Below, piece by piece: positions 18,773 to 27,983 of a stretch of DNA of 41,784 nt. Position 1 is the first letter of the stretch. Every line of letters begins with the position of its first letter. The stretch lies in the sequence record DRR378314_195; one strand, given 5' to 3'. The translations under genes and the position numbers were made by a program. Below the pieces are notes generated by a model. The model was not told where the DNA came from. It worked only from the letters and a program-made list of their open reading frames with translations, and made no database searches.

Positions 18773-19375
18773 TCAGGTCAGGGCGGGAAGCGTTCCATGC
18801 CAGACAGGCAAGGAAAGGTCTTCAGGGTCATCGTTTGGCCCACCCGTTCGGCTTTTAAAGGCGCCTTCCTCGATGGGTATCCGAAACAGCGCCGTCGCCT
18901 TTCGTTCCTTTTTGTTGGGAGCTCGTACCTGCTCCCAACGGCCCGGCTCAATCTGGTTGATAACCGCTCGGAACGCAGCGTCGAATTCACCGTCATCGGT
19001 CACTCGCGACGCCCTGCCGAACAGCACCACAGACTCATAGTTGGCACTGTGGTGAAAGGCAGACTTGGTCATCACCCATTCGTTCGTCACTGCGAAGGAA
19101 ATACAAAGCTCGATGCCCGAACCCAGGCGACGGGACAGCCGCCCACCGTTTAGCGTATGCAGATACAGATCGTCATCCAGCCGCCACACGGTCAATGGGA
19201 TGATACGGGGCTCGCCATCTTCCACGAAGGCCACGTGGCCGGTCTTCAGGCGATCAATAAGGGCGTAGGCTGGCTCGCGTTCGTAGCTGGCCCTCTGGGT
19301 TGCGCGTTTTACCTCGCTACGGGGACAGCAGGTCATCGCAGATGAACTGCTGTGAGACGTCTTTTCCAATGTCAT
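18773..19375 (-). CDS. Pyridoxamine 5'-phosphate oxidase family (NimA-like) flavin-nucleotide-binding protein
   Basis: RASYE, GHVAF, LYLH, SAFHHSANYESVVLFG, KERKAT, KSRTGGP and WHGTLP; AAGGAGG RBS before the ATG at 19375. Confidence 0.9.
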   Translation of the reverse strand: MTLEKTSHSSSSAMTCCPRSEVKRATQRASYEREPAYALIDRLKTGHVAFVEDGEPRIIPLTVWRLDDDLYLHTLNGGRLSRRLGSGIELCISFAVTNEWVMTKSAFHHSANYESVVLFGRASRVTDDGEFDAAFRAVINQIEPGRWEQVRAPNKKERKATALFRIPIEEGAFKSRTGGPNDDPEDLSLPVWHGTLPALT

Positions 19376-19411
19376 CCGGTCCTCCTTCAACACTCTGTGG
19401 TTCACTAAAGT

Positions 19412-19479
19412 ACCGTTCCATTGAAAAGCACTTCTGATACCACAAAAAGATCCGGATTATGACTTTTTATAGGACCAGT
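19412..19479 (+). repeat. Copy 1 of a 68-bp duplicated MocR-type regulatory region
   Basis: 55/68 ungapped identity (counted by hand) to 21224-21291; contains ATACCA and GGACCAG. Confidence 0.85.
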
Positions 19480-19792
19480 TGGTTGAGTCGACCCAACATC
19501 GATGGAAAACGCCGCGTCCGTACACCGTTTAAATTTGTAATCACTCTTGGCCGCCCCGCTCCCAAGCAATCGGCCCAGCCACCGGACCGATTGAATAAAC
19601 TCTAAAGTAAACAGCAAACTACGAAGCTAAAGCTGCCTTGATTCGATGTAACGCTCAGTCTCGCCGTGTATCGCACTGTAAGCGTCAACTTCCTGACGAA
19701 CTTCACCCGGAAAATCCTGAACCAGGCCGCATATAACCGAAAAATGCCGCTGTAAGATTCCCTCGAACTCGTCAATAAATTGGTGCGAAACA

Positions 19793-21169
19793 ATGTCACA
19801 TTGCGGCAAAAAAACATCGAAGCAAGGACTGCTGACTCTATCGGTCGTAGTTCTGCTATCGGGCTGCGGTCTGGACATGACCTCTGCAGATAATGCCACA
19901 ACCCCGCAGGCCGAAGCGTCAACTGACGCCACTGTTGAAACGGTTGAGCTTGCTGGCGCCGCCATGAAAGGTGTTATTCAACAGGGGCTGGTCACGGCCA
20001 ACCGCCTGATTGCCGACAAAGACGGGTACTTCGCCCCACAACGACAGGCCGCCAAGCCCGTTTTGACGGCCGACGATGGCAGCTATGAGTGGCAGCTGCG
20101 AGGAAAGGCCGACAGCTGGGCTCTGGTAGAACTTGCAGCCGACAGTAACACCCGCATGATTTGCGACGTTGTTCCCCACTGCGAGCGCGACGGCGCCGCG
20201 CCGGTTGCCTTTGGAGACACCATGGCGCTGGACACCAATTTCAGCCTGCGCGGGGCCGGCGATCTCCGTATGGAGACCGTCAACCTCACGCCGCTGACCC
20301 ATTTGGCCGTCGCTCTGGCTGAGCGCGACGGAAACGGGCTCTCCCCGGCGGCGCTCTCAGCTGCGTACGAAAACGTGGAAACCTGGTTTGGCCTGGCAGC
20401 GGGCTCCCTGCGCCTCACCCCGCCAGACCTGACCCGCCTGGACGGGCTTGATAGCGTGTCTGCTGATGCGTTGCAGGTTGCGGTCGCCAACGCCGCCTTT
20501 CTCGCTCTGGTCAACAACAACGCCCAGTGGAGCAATATTTCCGATGTGCTGAACAACGTGGCAACCCAAGTCGCCGAAACCGGACAGATCAGCCTGATGG
20601 GCAATGGCGAAAACGTCGCACTGGCCGATCTCGTGTCCGCCGCCGCATTGCAGGCATCCGAGCTTCAGACCGAGGTGGATTCAAGCGTCATCAGCCAGAG
20701 ACTCGTTGTGGTTGAGTACCGCAACGTGCAGCGCTTCAAGACCATCGCCGAGGTGTACAGCGAAGACGATACTGACGTTGCCGACACACCAGAACCCGAA
20801 ACCGGCGACGACACCAGCACTGGAGACACCGTTGCCGACAACGGAACGGACGGCGAACCCAACGAACCGCCCGCTACAGAGCCCAGCCCCGAGGACACTT
20901 TTCCGGCCAATGCCGCGCTGCTGAGCTGGACCGCGCCGCTGACCAGAGAGAATGGCGACAGCCTGGCAATGGGCGAAATCGCCGGCTTCGAGGTGGTTTA
21001 CGGCAACAGCGAGGACAATCTGGACCAAAGCCTGGCCATTGGCGATGCCTCTATCGACGAGCTGCTGGTTGACGAGCTCGCCGAAGGCACCTGGTACTTC
21101 GCCATCCGCACCCTGGATACCGATGGCAACCGCAGTCGGTTATCCGAGGTTGTTTACAAGCAGATCTGA
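19793..21169 (+). CDS. Lipoprotein with acidic Pro/Thr linker and C-terminal fibronectin type III domain
   Basis: Lipobox LLSGC; D/E/T/P-rich linker; LSWTAP...FEVVYG...LAEGTWYFAIRTLDTDGNRSRLS. Confidence 0.85.
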   Translation: MSHCGKKTSKQGLLTLSVVVLLSGCGLDMTSADNATTPQAEASTDATVETVELAGAAMKGVIQQGLVTANRLIADKDGYFAPQRQAAKPVLTADDGSYEWQLRGKADSWALVELAADSNTRMICDVVPHCERDGAAPVAFGDTMALDTNFSLRGAGDLRMETVNLTPLTHLAVALAERDGNGLSPAALSAAYENVETWFGLAAGSLRLTPPDLTRLDGLDSVSADALQVAVANAAFLALVNNNAQWSNISDVLNNVATQVAETGQISLMGNGENVALADLVSAAALQASELQTEVDSSVISQRLVVVEYRNVQRFKTIAEVYSEDDTDVADTPEPETGDDTSTGDTVADNGTDGEPNEPPATEPSPEDTFPANAALLSWTAPLTRENGDSLAMGEIAGFEVVYGNSEDNLDQSLAIGDASIDELLVDELAEGTWYFAIRTLDTDGNRSRLSEVVYKQI

Positions 21170-21190
21170 AGCAACCTGAGCAGAACTGAC

Positions 21191-21223
21191 GGTCGTGTGT
21201 CGAGCCAGTCCCGGCGCACGACC
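21191..21223 (+). terminator. Stem-loop after the Fn3 lipoprotein gene
   Basis: GGTCGTGTGTCG...CGGCGCACGACC with G-U pairs; it abuts repeat copy 2. Confidence 0.5.
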
Positions 21224-21291
21224 ACCGTTCCTTTGAAAAGCACTTCTGATACCATCAGAGTATTCAAATCGTGACTTTTCACAGGACCAGT
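21224..21291 (+). repeat. Copy 2 of a 68-bp duplicated MocR-type regulatory region
   Basis: ACCGTTCCTTTGAAAAGCACTTCTGATACCA...TGACTTTTCACAGGACCAGT, immediately before the MocR start codon. Confidence 0.85.
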
Positions 21292-21295
21292 CTAC

Positions 21296-22753
21296 GTGAT
21301 CGACGATATCCGTCTGGAAGGTACTGCATCGCTCCAGCAACAACTCTACCGACAACTGTCACAGCGAATCATCAGCCAACGATACCTTCCGGGTAGCCGG
21401 CTGCCTTCCAGCCGACAGATGGCCCAGGACCTGGGCATCAGCCGGAACACCGTCAACGCCGTGTACGACCAGCTCAAGGCCGAAGGCTTCCTGCAAAGCC
21501 GGGCTGGCAAGGGCGTGTTTGTGCACGAAGACATTACCGCCGTAACAAAACCCGCCGGTCCCGGGCCGAAGCGACCGATCCAAACCGCCACCGCCTTGCC
21601 TCCCCTGCCATCACCTTCCGTCAACACACGGCGAACAGCTGAAGACGCCAACCTGCCGTTCCAACCCGGCCTACCCGATCTGGATGCCTTTCCCATCCGA
21701 AGCTGGAACCGCATTCTCCATCACCAGGAAAGTCGTCGGGCGCTCAGGGGCTATGACAGCATTCAGGGTTACCAGCCCTTGCGACGAGCCATTGCAGCCT
21801 ACCTGCGATCCTCTCGTGGCGTTCGTTGCGGGGAGCACCAGGTGATCATCACCAACGGCGCCCAGCAGGCTTTGTCTCTCATTGCCGACGTGTTCCTGAA
21901 ACCCGGTGACCGGGTATTTTGCGAGAACCCCGGTTATCGCGGCGTCCGCTATGCGCTGGAGCGGCACGACAATCCAATGGTGCCCGTGCCCCTGAAGAAT
22001 CAGGTTCTGGATGTGGAGGCACTGGCAAACCTGGGCCCCGCTAGCCTATTGTCCTGCACTCCCACCCACCAGTATCCCATGGGTGGCGTTCTCGATCTGT
22101 CCCAGCGCCTAGCCCTGGTGCAATGGGCCCAATACAACGAGTGCTGGATCGTCGAGGACGACTACGACAGCGAGTTCCACTTCTACCACAAGCCCTTTGC
22201 CGCCATTCAGGGCATGTTCGACAATGCGCCCGTGCTGTACGTGGGCAGTTTCAGCAAAACTCTGATGCCGTCGTTAAGAGTGGGTTACCTGGTCGTCCCC
22301 GAACCCGTTGTGGAACCAGTGCTTTGGGCCAAACACGTCAGTGGCGGGGAAACACCCCTGCTCACCCAGGCAACCATTGCCGAGTTTATCGACAGTGGCC
22401 AGTTCAGCCGCCACCTGCGCCGCATGCGTCAGCTCTATCGCGACAAATGGACGCGCTTCCAGCAACGGGTCACAGAAGAACTCGGAGGCCTCGTGCGGCC
22501 AGTGTCGGAAAGCGCTGGCATGCACCTGGTACTGGAAGGGGGCTTCGACGACGTGGCCCTCAGCCAGTGGCTGAAAACTCAGGGCTTCGGCAGCACACCG
22601 CTCAGTGCGCACTACATTGGAGAACCTGCCCAGACCGGCCTGGTGATGGGCTTTGCCAGTGCCAGCGAGCATCAGATAGACGAATGTGTCGCAGTGTTGA
22701 GAGCCGGGCTGACCAACCCGGCTCTCAACCGTAACGTTACGCCCCAAACGTGA
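21296..22753 (+). CDS. MocR/GabR/PdxR family regulator (GntR HTH + PLP aminotransferase domain)
   Basis: RLPSSRQMAQDLGISRNTV, ITNGAQQAL, TPTHQYPMG, EDDYDSEF and GSFSKTLMPSLRVGY. Confidence 0.95.
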   Translation: MIDDIRLEGTASLQQQLYRQLSQRIISQRYLPGSRLPSSRQMAQDLGISRNTVNAVYDQLKAEGFLQSRAGKGVFVHEDITAVTKPAGPGPKRPIQTATALPPLPSPSVNTRRTAEDANLPFQPGLPDLDAFPIRSWNRILHHQESRRALRGYDSIQGYQPLRRAIAAYLRSSRGVRCGEHQVIITNGAQQALSLIADVFLKPGDRVFCENPGYRGVRYALERHDNPMVPVPLKNQVLDVEALANLGPASLLSCTPTHQYPMGGVLDLSQRLALVQWAQYNECWIVEDDYDSEFHFYHKPFAAIQGMFDNAPVLYVGSFSKTLMPSLRVGYLVVPEPVVEPVLWAKHVSGGETPLLTQATIAEFIDSGQFSRHLRRMRQLYRDKWTRFQQRVTEELGGLVRPVSESAGMHLVLEGGFDDVALSQWLKTQGFGSTPLSAHYIGEPAQTGLVMGFASASEHQIDECVAVLRAGLTNPALNRNVTPQT

Positions 22754-22764
22754 TCAAAACCTGG

Positions 22765-24375
22765 TCACAACTGCTCCGGCCTGGGTGGGCTGCCGACCCT
22801 CACTTCGCTGAGATTCTCCTGGGCCAGACCTCGGAACAGCGCGAACATCATGGCGAAGACGAGGATGAACATTGGCAGCCCAATAACGGTGATCACCTCC
22901 TGCAACGCCGTCAGCCCCGCGTCACCGGCAAGTACGATCAGCATAGCCGCCAGCATGCCTTCGGATACGCCCCAGAAAACCCGTTGATGCCATGGGCCCG
23001 GATCCGGCGAGCCAGTGCACAACATATCAACCACCAGGGAGGCGGAGTCCGATGAGGTTGCAAAGAAGATAGCCACAATCACGACCGCCAGGCCCTGAAT
23101 CAACGTAGCCGCCGGGAAATTTTCGAAGAACGCAAACATGGCCAGGGGTATGCTTTCCCCCACCGCTTGTGACAAGACCCCCGCCTGTTCACCCAGCGCT
23201 TCTCTGGCCTCCGGCCCGATTCCGTCAATCTGCATGGCGGACCACCCGAAGATGGCAAACCAGATCAGAGTAAAGATCGATGGCGCAAACAACACACCGA
23301 GCACGAATTCGCGGATGGTCCGCCCCTTGGAAATCCGTGCCACGAAGATGCCGATAAACGGTGACCAGGTCACCGTCCAGGCCCAATAGAACACCGTCCA
23401 ACTGCCCTGCCATCCCCAGCCGCCGTCATCGCCGGTATAACTGGCAAGAGTATCGTTCCAGAATGCCATGGGTAGCAGGTCCGATATGTAGAGACCAAAC
23501 GTCTCAACAATCGCGCGCAAAAGAAAGACCGTGGACCCGGTAAAGAGCACGAATATCATCAGACCAACGGCCATGCCGATATTAATGTTGGAAAGCCGTT
23601 TAACACCGGAATCCAGGCCGGCCACGATCGACCCAACAGCAACCGCCGTGAGGATGGCGATGATCAGCACTTTGGTGATCACCGCATCCGGAATGCCAAA
23701 CAATTCGGTTAGCCCTGCGTTGATCTGCTGAGTACCCAGGCCGATAGACACCGCCACACCGAAAAGCGTGCCAAGGATCGCGAAGACGTCGAGAGTCTTG
23801 CCGAGAGGGCCGTATATGCGGTCACCAATCAGCGGGTAGAACACCGAACTGAATCGCATGGGCAGGTCGTAACGATAGATAAAATACGCAAAGGCGAGCC
23901 CCGGCATGGTGAAGATCGCCCAGGTATGCAGCCCCAGGTGATAGATGGCGAAGCTCATGGCATCGTCGGCAGCTTGGACCGAAAAGGGCTCGACATTCGG
24001 TCTTGGTGGCGAAGAAAAATGCGAGATGGGCTCGGCCACGCCCCAGAACATCAGCACAGTGCCGATACCGCCAGCAAACAGCATGGCGAACCAGGAGATA
24101 TTGCTATAGGCCGGTTTCGCGTCGTTGCCGCCCAGGCGGATGGCGCCGAATCGGCTGAGCGCGACCCACAGCAGGAACGCCACCCAACTCGTGACACCAA
24201 AGATAAAAAACCAGCCAAGGTTGGTTACGATCCATTCTCGCCCCGCTCCGAACGCTTCCCCGATTGGCCCGGGTGCGATCAGAAGCACGACCAGAAACAG
24301 GACCATAATCCCTGCGGAGGTAAAAAAGATGGTGGGGTTGGTCCTCAGCCCCAACTTTCTTGCGAGAGCTTCCAT
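22765..24375 (-). CDS. BCCT family transporter with atypical substrate-site residues
   Basis: SWFAMLFAGG, GVAEP, GVKRLSNIN, WTVFYWAW, FVARISKGRTIREF and FFATSSDSAS. Confidence 0.93.
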   Translation of the reverse strand: MEALARKLGLRTNPTIFFTSAGIMVLFLVVLLIAPGPIGEAFGAGREWIVTNLGWFFIFGVTSWVAFLLWVALSRFGAIRLGGNDAKPAYSNISWFAMLFAGGIGTVLMFWGVAEPISHFSSPPRPNVEPFSVQAADDAMSFAIYHLGLHTWAIFTMPGLAFAYFIYRYDLPMRFSSVFYPLIGDRIYGPLGKTLDVFAILGTLFGVAVSIGLGTQQINAGLTELFGIPDAVITKVLIIAILTAVAVGSIVAGLDSGVKRLSNINIGMAVGLMIFVLFTGSTVFLLRAIVETFGLYISDLLPMAFWNDTLASYTGDDGGWGWQGSWTVFYWAWTVTWSPFIGIFVARISKGRTIREFVLGVLFAPSIFTLIWFAIFGWSAMQIDGIGPEAREALGEQAGVLSQAVGESIPLAMFAFFENFPAATLIQGLAVVIVAIFFATSSDSASLVVDMLCTGSPDPGPWHQRVFWGVSEGMLAAMLIVLAGDAGLTALQEVITVIGLPMFILVFAMMFALFRGLAQENLSEVRVGSPPRPEQL

Positions 24376-24578
24376 GGCGATTTCTCCCCGAGTCTTTCCG
24401 ACAACATAGGAGTTAATCGAACCTCACGCCAAATTGTGAGCAAGATTTCATGTTCCGGAGACACTGCCCTCGGAGAAACCCAGGAGATAGAAGGAAACGT
24501 TGCCGGACACACGGCTTCGACAACATTCCTGTCAACTTGGACTACTATTATCTTCCAAAACCTGTTGAGGAACTGACT

Positions 24579-27500
24579 TTGGCAAGCCGTGAAACAAACG
24601 CCAGGCGCACGAGTGTCGATATTGGACTGGGATACTACGAGGACATCGAGGGACTGTTTCAATTTGGGGAGCACAGCCCCGATCTGGTGGACACCATCAC
24701 CTTCGTGTTCAGCCAGACGCTGCAACGGGACCTCTTTTTTGGCTCCTGGGCGCAGGCCTACCGTAACGGCAACGGCGAGTACCGGCTGAAAATCACCAGC
24801 CCCCGCGATGATGTATCGGCTTACGAAACACTGATTCCCGGGTACATCGCTGCGGGCAAACAGGCACTGACCAGCTACTACGAGAATGTCCCCTGGTCGG
24901 CGCGCCAGGGCTGGGAGTTCCTGCTGCCATTTGGGCTGGCTATGGCGAATGTGAGGTCCATCCAACTGCTGCACTTCCCACCGTTGGAAACCTTCACCTA
25001 CAAGGACTACCTCTACTCCCCCACCAACCGCCGTTGGGAATGTCTGCTGGCGCAAAACGGCTTTAATGGGGCCTACAACACACCGGTTGAGCGCATCGTG
25101 GATGTCGCGCCCATCGCGGCCCCCGGTGGCGCCGGCAGCGAACTGAGTGATTACAACGAGGCCTTTATTCCCTACGCCAAGGCGCAATTACGGAATTTCC
25201 TGCGTCCGCTGCAGGAAACCGGTCACTCGTTGACGCAACCCATCGTTGCCTATGGCGAGCCTGTTCACGAATGGCTCAGGCAGGCCTTTGGCCTGACACA
25301 GTCGCCCGACACCCTCGACATCGTACCGCTGACTATTCTCGACGGGGCCGACGGTCTACCTGCCCCGACAACCTGGGTATTGTGCGCCAACCACCCCAGT
25401 GAGTACCTCTACGACACGGATCTGCCATTGAGCGATGCCTTCAAGCCCAACGGTGAATACCCGCCTCCCATCAACGTCATGTGCCAGGATCTGATTGCCG
25501 CGGGCTGGCAGGCTCACATGTCGGACCACCCCGGAGATGACCCCCACAAAACCCTGACGGACCTTGAAGCACTGTGGGGCTGGGATTCGGCCAGTGGGAG
25601 CGTCCGGAAGGATAAGGCGGATGCGCTTCTGGCCATCATGAAAGAACAGAACCAGGCATTCAGCCTCGATAACAACAGCTTCAGTCCAACAGAAGCGCAA
25701 AGCACAGCAGCCAGCTTTGTGCTGAATCGCACCTCCGCGTCGGAGGCCTATACCGCCTATGCCTTTCTTCCGCACGCAGATCGTCCCTTTTCCGAAGTAC
25801 CCATGAGCACAGGGGCAAGCTTTCCTGCGGGTCACCGGCTTATGCAGGTAGGCGGTTACCTGGTGGACTGGACGCCACCCAAGGCTGAGGACGATGTCAT
25901 TCACTACCGGCTGTTCAAGTTCGACCGTGACAGTGGCAACCCTCTTGCTGAAAAGACGCTGGCCTACGGCACCTGGGAAAAGGCGAAATTCTTTGGCGAC
26001 TATCGCCCCAATTTCGGCGCCAGCTTCGAGCAGATAGAACTCATCGGCCTGCCGGGTTATGTGCTGAGCATCATTCCTGCCGCCGGACGACGCAGCTATC
26101 AATTGTGGAATTTCGATCCCCGAGCTGAAGGCGACTGTCTCTCTGCCGGCGAGTTCCAAAGCGGCGGCTTCCGCGACATTGCCGCTGACCGGGAGCTCTA
26201 CGCTATCGACAACTACGTGCTGGATCGCAAAGGCGCGAATTACCGGGTCTGGAGTTTCGACCCCCAGACATCCCCGCCACTGGCGCTGCCTACCGTTCAA
26301 AGTGGCAACTGGAGCGGCATTGACCAGAGTGATGCAATGGCTGTCGTTGGTAGCCATGTCGTGACCTGGAAACCGGCGGCAAGCTCAGCGGGTTGTCGCA
26401 TCTGGCGATTCGATGCCAACAAGGCCGATCCTCTCGGTGGCCAACCCATCAACACAACACCGCTGCCGGACGGCTTCGAACCGAACTCGACACTGTTTGG
26501 CGTGCAGCCGAGCCAACCCGACCACGAAGCACGGGAGAAAACACCCGGCACCGTGGAGTTCATGCGCGACAAGATCGAGCACATCGTCTACTACATGCTG
26601 GAAAGCCGGTCCTTTGACAACGTGTTGGGCTGGCTCTATGAGCGCGGCCAGACAGACGGCCTGAACTGGATCGGTGCCAACTCAGACGGTTTCAGGGGCT
26701 TGGACGCCACCATGAGCAATCCAATGCCCGATGGCCAGGATGTCTTTGTCAGCCAGTACATGGAGGGGAGGCTGAGCAATGACTTTGTGCTCGGCGGCCC
26801 GGCCCAGGATCCCTGGCACGACAACAGCGATGTACTGATGCAGATGTTCCACGGTTACCCTGGTTACGCCCAACGCGAACACCCCGGGATGGATGGTTTT
26901 GCGTGGAACCAGAACAGCGCCGCAGTACTCTCAAGCTTCACCCCACAACAACTGTCAGTGCTTAACGGCCTCGCCAAGGAGTTTGCGCTAAGCGACGACT
27001 GGTTCAGCGCAATCCCCGGCGGCACCGACGTCAACCGCGGTTTCTCCGTCAGTGGCTCGGCCTATAACCGGCTGGGCACCTGGGAAGGCGGCAAGGCCTA
27101 CCAGGACTGGCCAGACAAATCGCACCGCCAGTCGCTCTGGAAAACGCTCTGGAGCCATGGCCATCAGGACTGGAAAATCTATTACAGCATTCTCTGGCAA
27201 AAGGCGGTCTTCACCCATCACCTCTACCTCAAAGGCCAGATACCGGAAGTGGACGCGGCATGGGCCAGGGCTATTCTGGGTGCGGGGCAGAACGGCGGCC
27301 TGCCCAACTCAACCTGGATAGCCCCGTTGCAGCAGTTTTTTGAGGATGTGAAAAACAATGCATTGCCCAAATTCAGCTACCTTGAGCCTGCCTGGATGGG
27401 CGCCGAATGCACGTCCTACCACCCCGGGTCCTCGGCGGACGGGATCGACTCCCTTGTTCCTGCCGAGCGCGCGCTGAATGACATTTACAAAGCGCTTAGC

Positions 27501-27905
27501 AGCAACGAAGAGACATGGTCCAAAACCTTGCTGGTGGTCACCTTCGACAAGAACGGAGGCCTGTTTGACCACCAGCCACCCCCCTATGCCCGCAAACCCT
27601 GGCCGAACGACATTGCCGACGGGTTCGAATTCGATATTATGGGCCCACGGGTACCAGCCGTGTTCGCGTCACCCCGGATCAAGCCAAACACCATCCTGCG
27701 TAGCCAAAGCGGCCAGAGTTTCGATGCCACGTCCTTCGCCGCAACGCTACTGGACTGGTACGGCGTTGCCCGTGACACTTGGGGGTTGGGAGACCGCATC
27801 ACCGAAGCGCCCACGTTTGAGGCCCTGTTCACCGAACTGGAGCCCCGTAAAACGGCGCCACAACTCTCGGTCCCCTATGACAAGGACTTCCCAGAACGCG
27901 GCTAA
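24579..27905 (+). CDS. Multidomain protein: unknown (UDG-like?) N-domain + 4 W/F-D repeats + phospholipase C/acid phosphatase-type phosphoesterase
   Basis: C-terminal KIEHIVYYMLESRSFDN, FALSDDWFSAIPGGTDVNR, LPKFSYLEP, TFDKNGGLFDHQPPP and GPRVPAVFASP. Likely TTG start at 24579 after GAGGA; the ORF is open from 24450. No Sec or Tat signal from that start. Confidence 0.85.
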   Translation: MASRETNARRTSVDIGLGYYEDIEGLFQFGEHSPDLVDTITFVFSQTLQRDLFFGSWAQAYRNGNGEYRLKITSPRDDVSAYETLIPGYIAAGKQALTSYYENVPWSARQGWEFLLPFGLAMANVRSIQLLHFPPLETFTYKDYLYSPTNRRWECLLAQNGFNGAYNTPVERIVDVAPIAAPGGAGSELSDYNEAFIPYAKAQLRNFLRPLQETGHSLTQPIVAYGEPVHEWLRQAFGLTQSPDTLDIVPLTILDGADGLPAPTTWVLCANHPSEYLYDTDLPLSDAFKPNGEYPPPINVMCQDLIAAGWQAHMSDHPGDDPHKTLTDLEALWGWDSASGSVRKDKADALLAIMKEQNQAFSLDNNSFSPTEAQSTAASFVLNRTSASEAYTAYAFLPHADRPFSEVPMSTGASFPAGHRLMQVGGYLVDWTPPKAEDDVIHYRLFKFDRDSGNPLAEKTLAYGTWEKAKFFGDYRPNFGASFEQIELIGLPGYVLSIIPAAGRRSYQLWNFDPRAEGDCLSAGEFQSGGFRDIAADRELYAIDNYVLDRKGANYRVWSFDPQTSPPLALPTVQSGNWSGIDQSDAMAVVGSHVVTWKPAASSAGCRIWRFDANKADPLGGQPINTTPLPDGFEPNSTLFGVQPSQPDHEAREKTPGTVEFMRDKIEHIVYYMLESRSFDNVLGWLYERGQTDGLNWIGANSDGFRGLDATMSNPMPDGQDVFVSQYMEGRLSNDFVLGGPAQDPWHDNSDVLMQMFHGYPGYAQREHPGMDGFAWNQNSAAVLSSFTPQQLSVLNGLAKEFALSDDWFSAIPGGTDVNRGFSVSGSAYNRLGTWEGGKAYQDWPDKSHRQSLWKTLWSHGHQDWKIYYSILWQKAVFTHHLYLKGQIPEVDAAWARAILGAGQNGGLPNSTWIAPLQQFFEDVKNNALPKFSYLEPAWMGAECTSYHPGSSADGIDSLVPAERALNDIYKALSSNEETWSKTLLVVTFDKNGGLFDHQPPPYARKPWPNDIADGFEFDIMGPRVPAVFASPRIKPNTILRSQSGQSFDATSFAATLLDWYGVARDTWGLGDRITEAPTFEALFTELEPRKTAPQLSVPYDKDFPERG

Positions 27906-27908
27906 GCC

Positions 27909-27938
27909 AACCCGCCACTGCCTTTCGGGTGGCGGGTT
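27909..27938 (+). other. Intercistronic stem-loop
   Basis: AACCCGCCAC-N10-GTGGCGGGTT, a perfect 10-bp stem just after the stop codon, with no good U-tract. Confidence 0.6.
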
Positions 27939-27983
27939 ATAGAAAAGTCCCTACTGGCAGGGTAACCTGTAGTTTTTGACCCT

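Noticed and set aside
19412-21291. Mobile element bounded by direct repeats
   Set aside because: No transposase or integrase and no terminal inverted repeats; the repeats are diverged regulatory sequence.
24450-24578. Arg-rich N-terminus (MFRRHCPRR...RRKR) as a Tat signal
   Set aside because: No hydrophobic h-region follows and there is no S/T-R-R-x-F-L consensus; it is probably untranslated.
24345-25187. 280-aa minus-strand ORF upstream of the BCCT gene
   Set aside because: Antisense shadow of the phosphoesterase fusion with no recognisable motifs.
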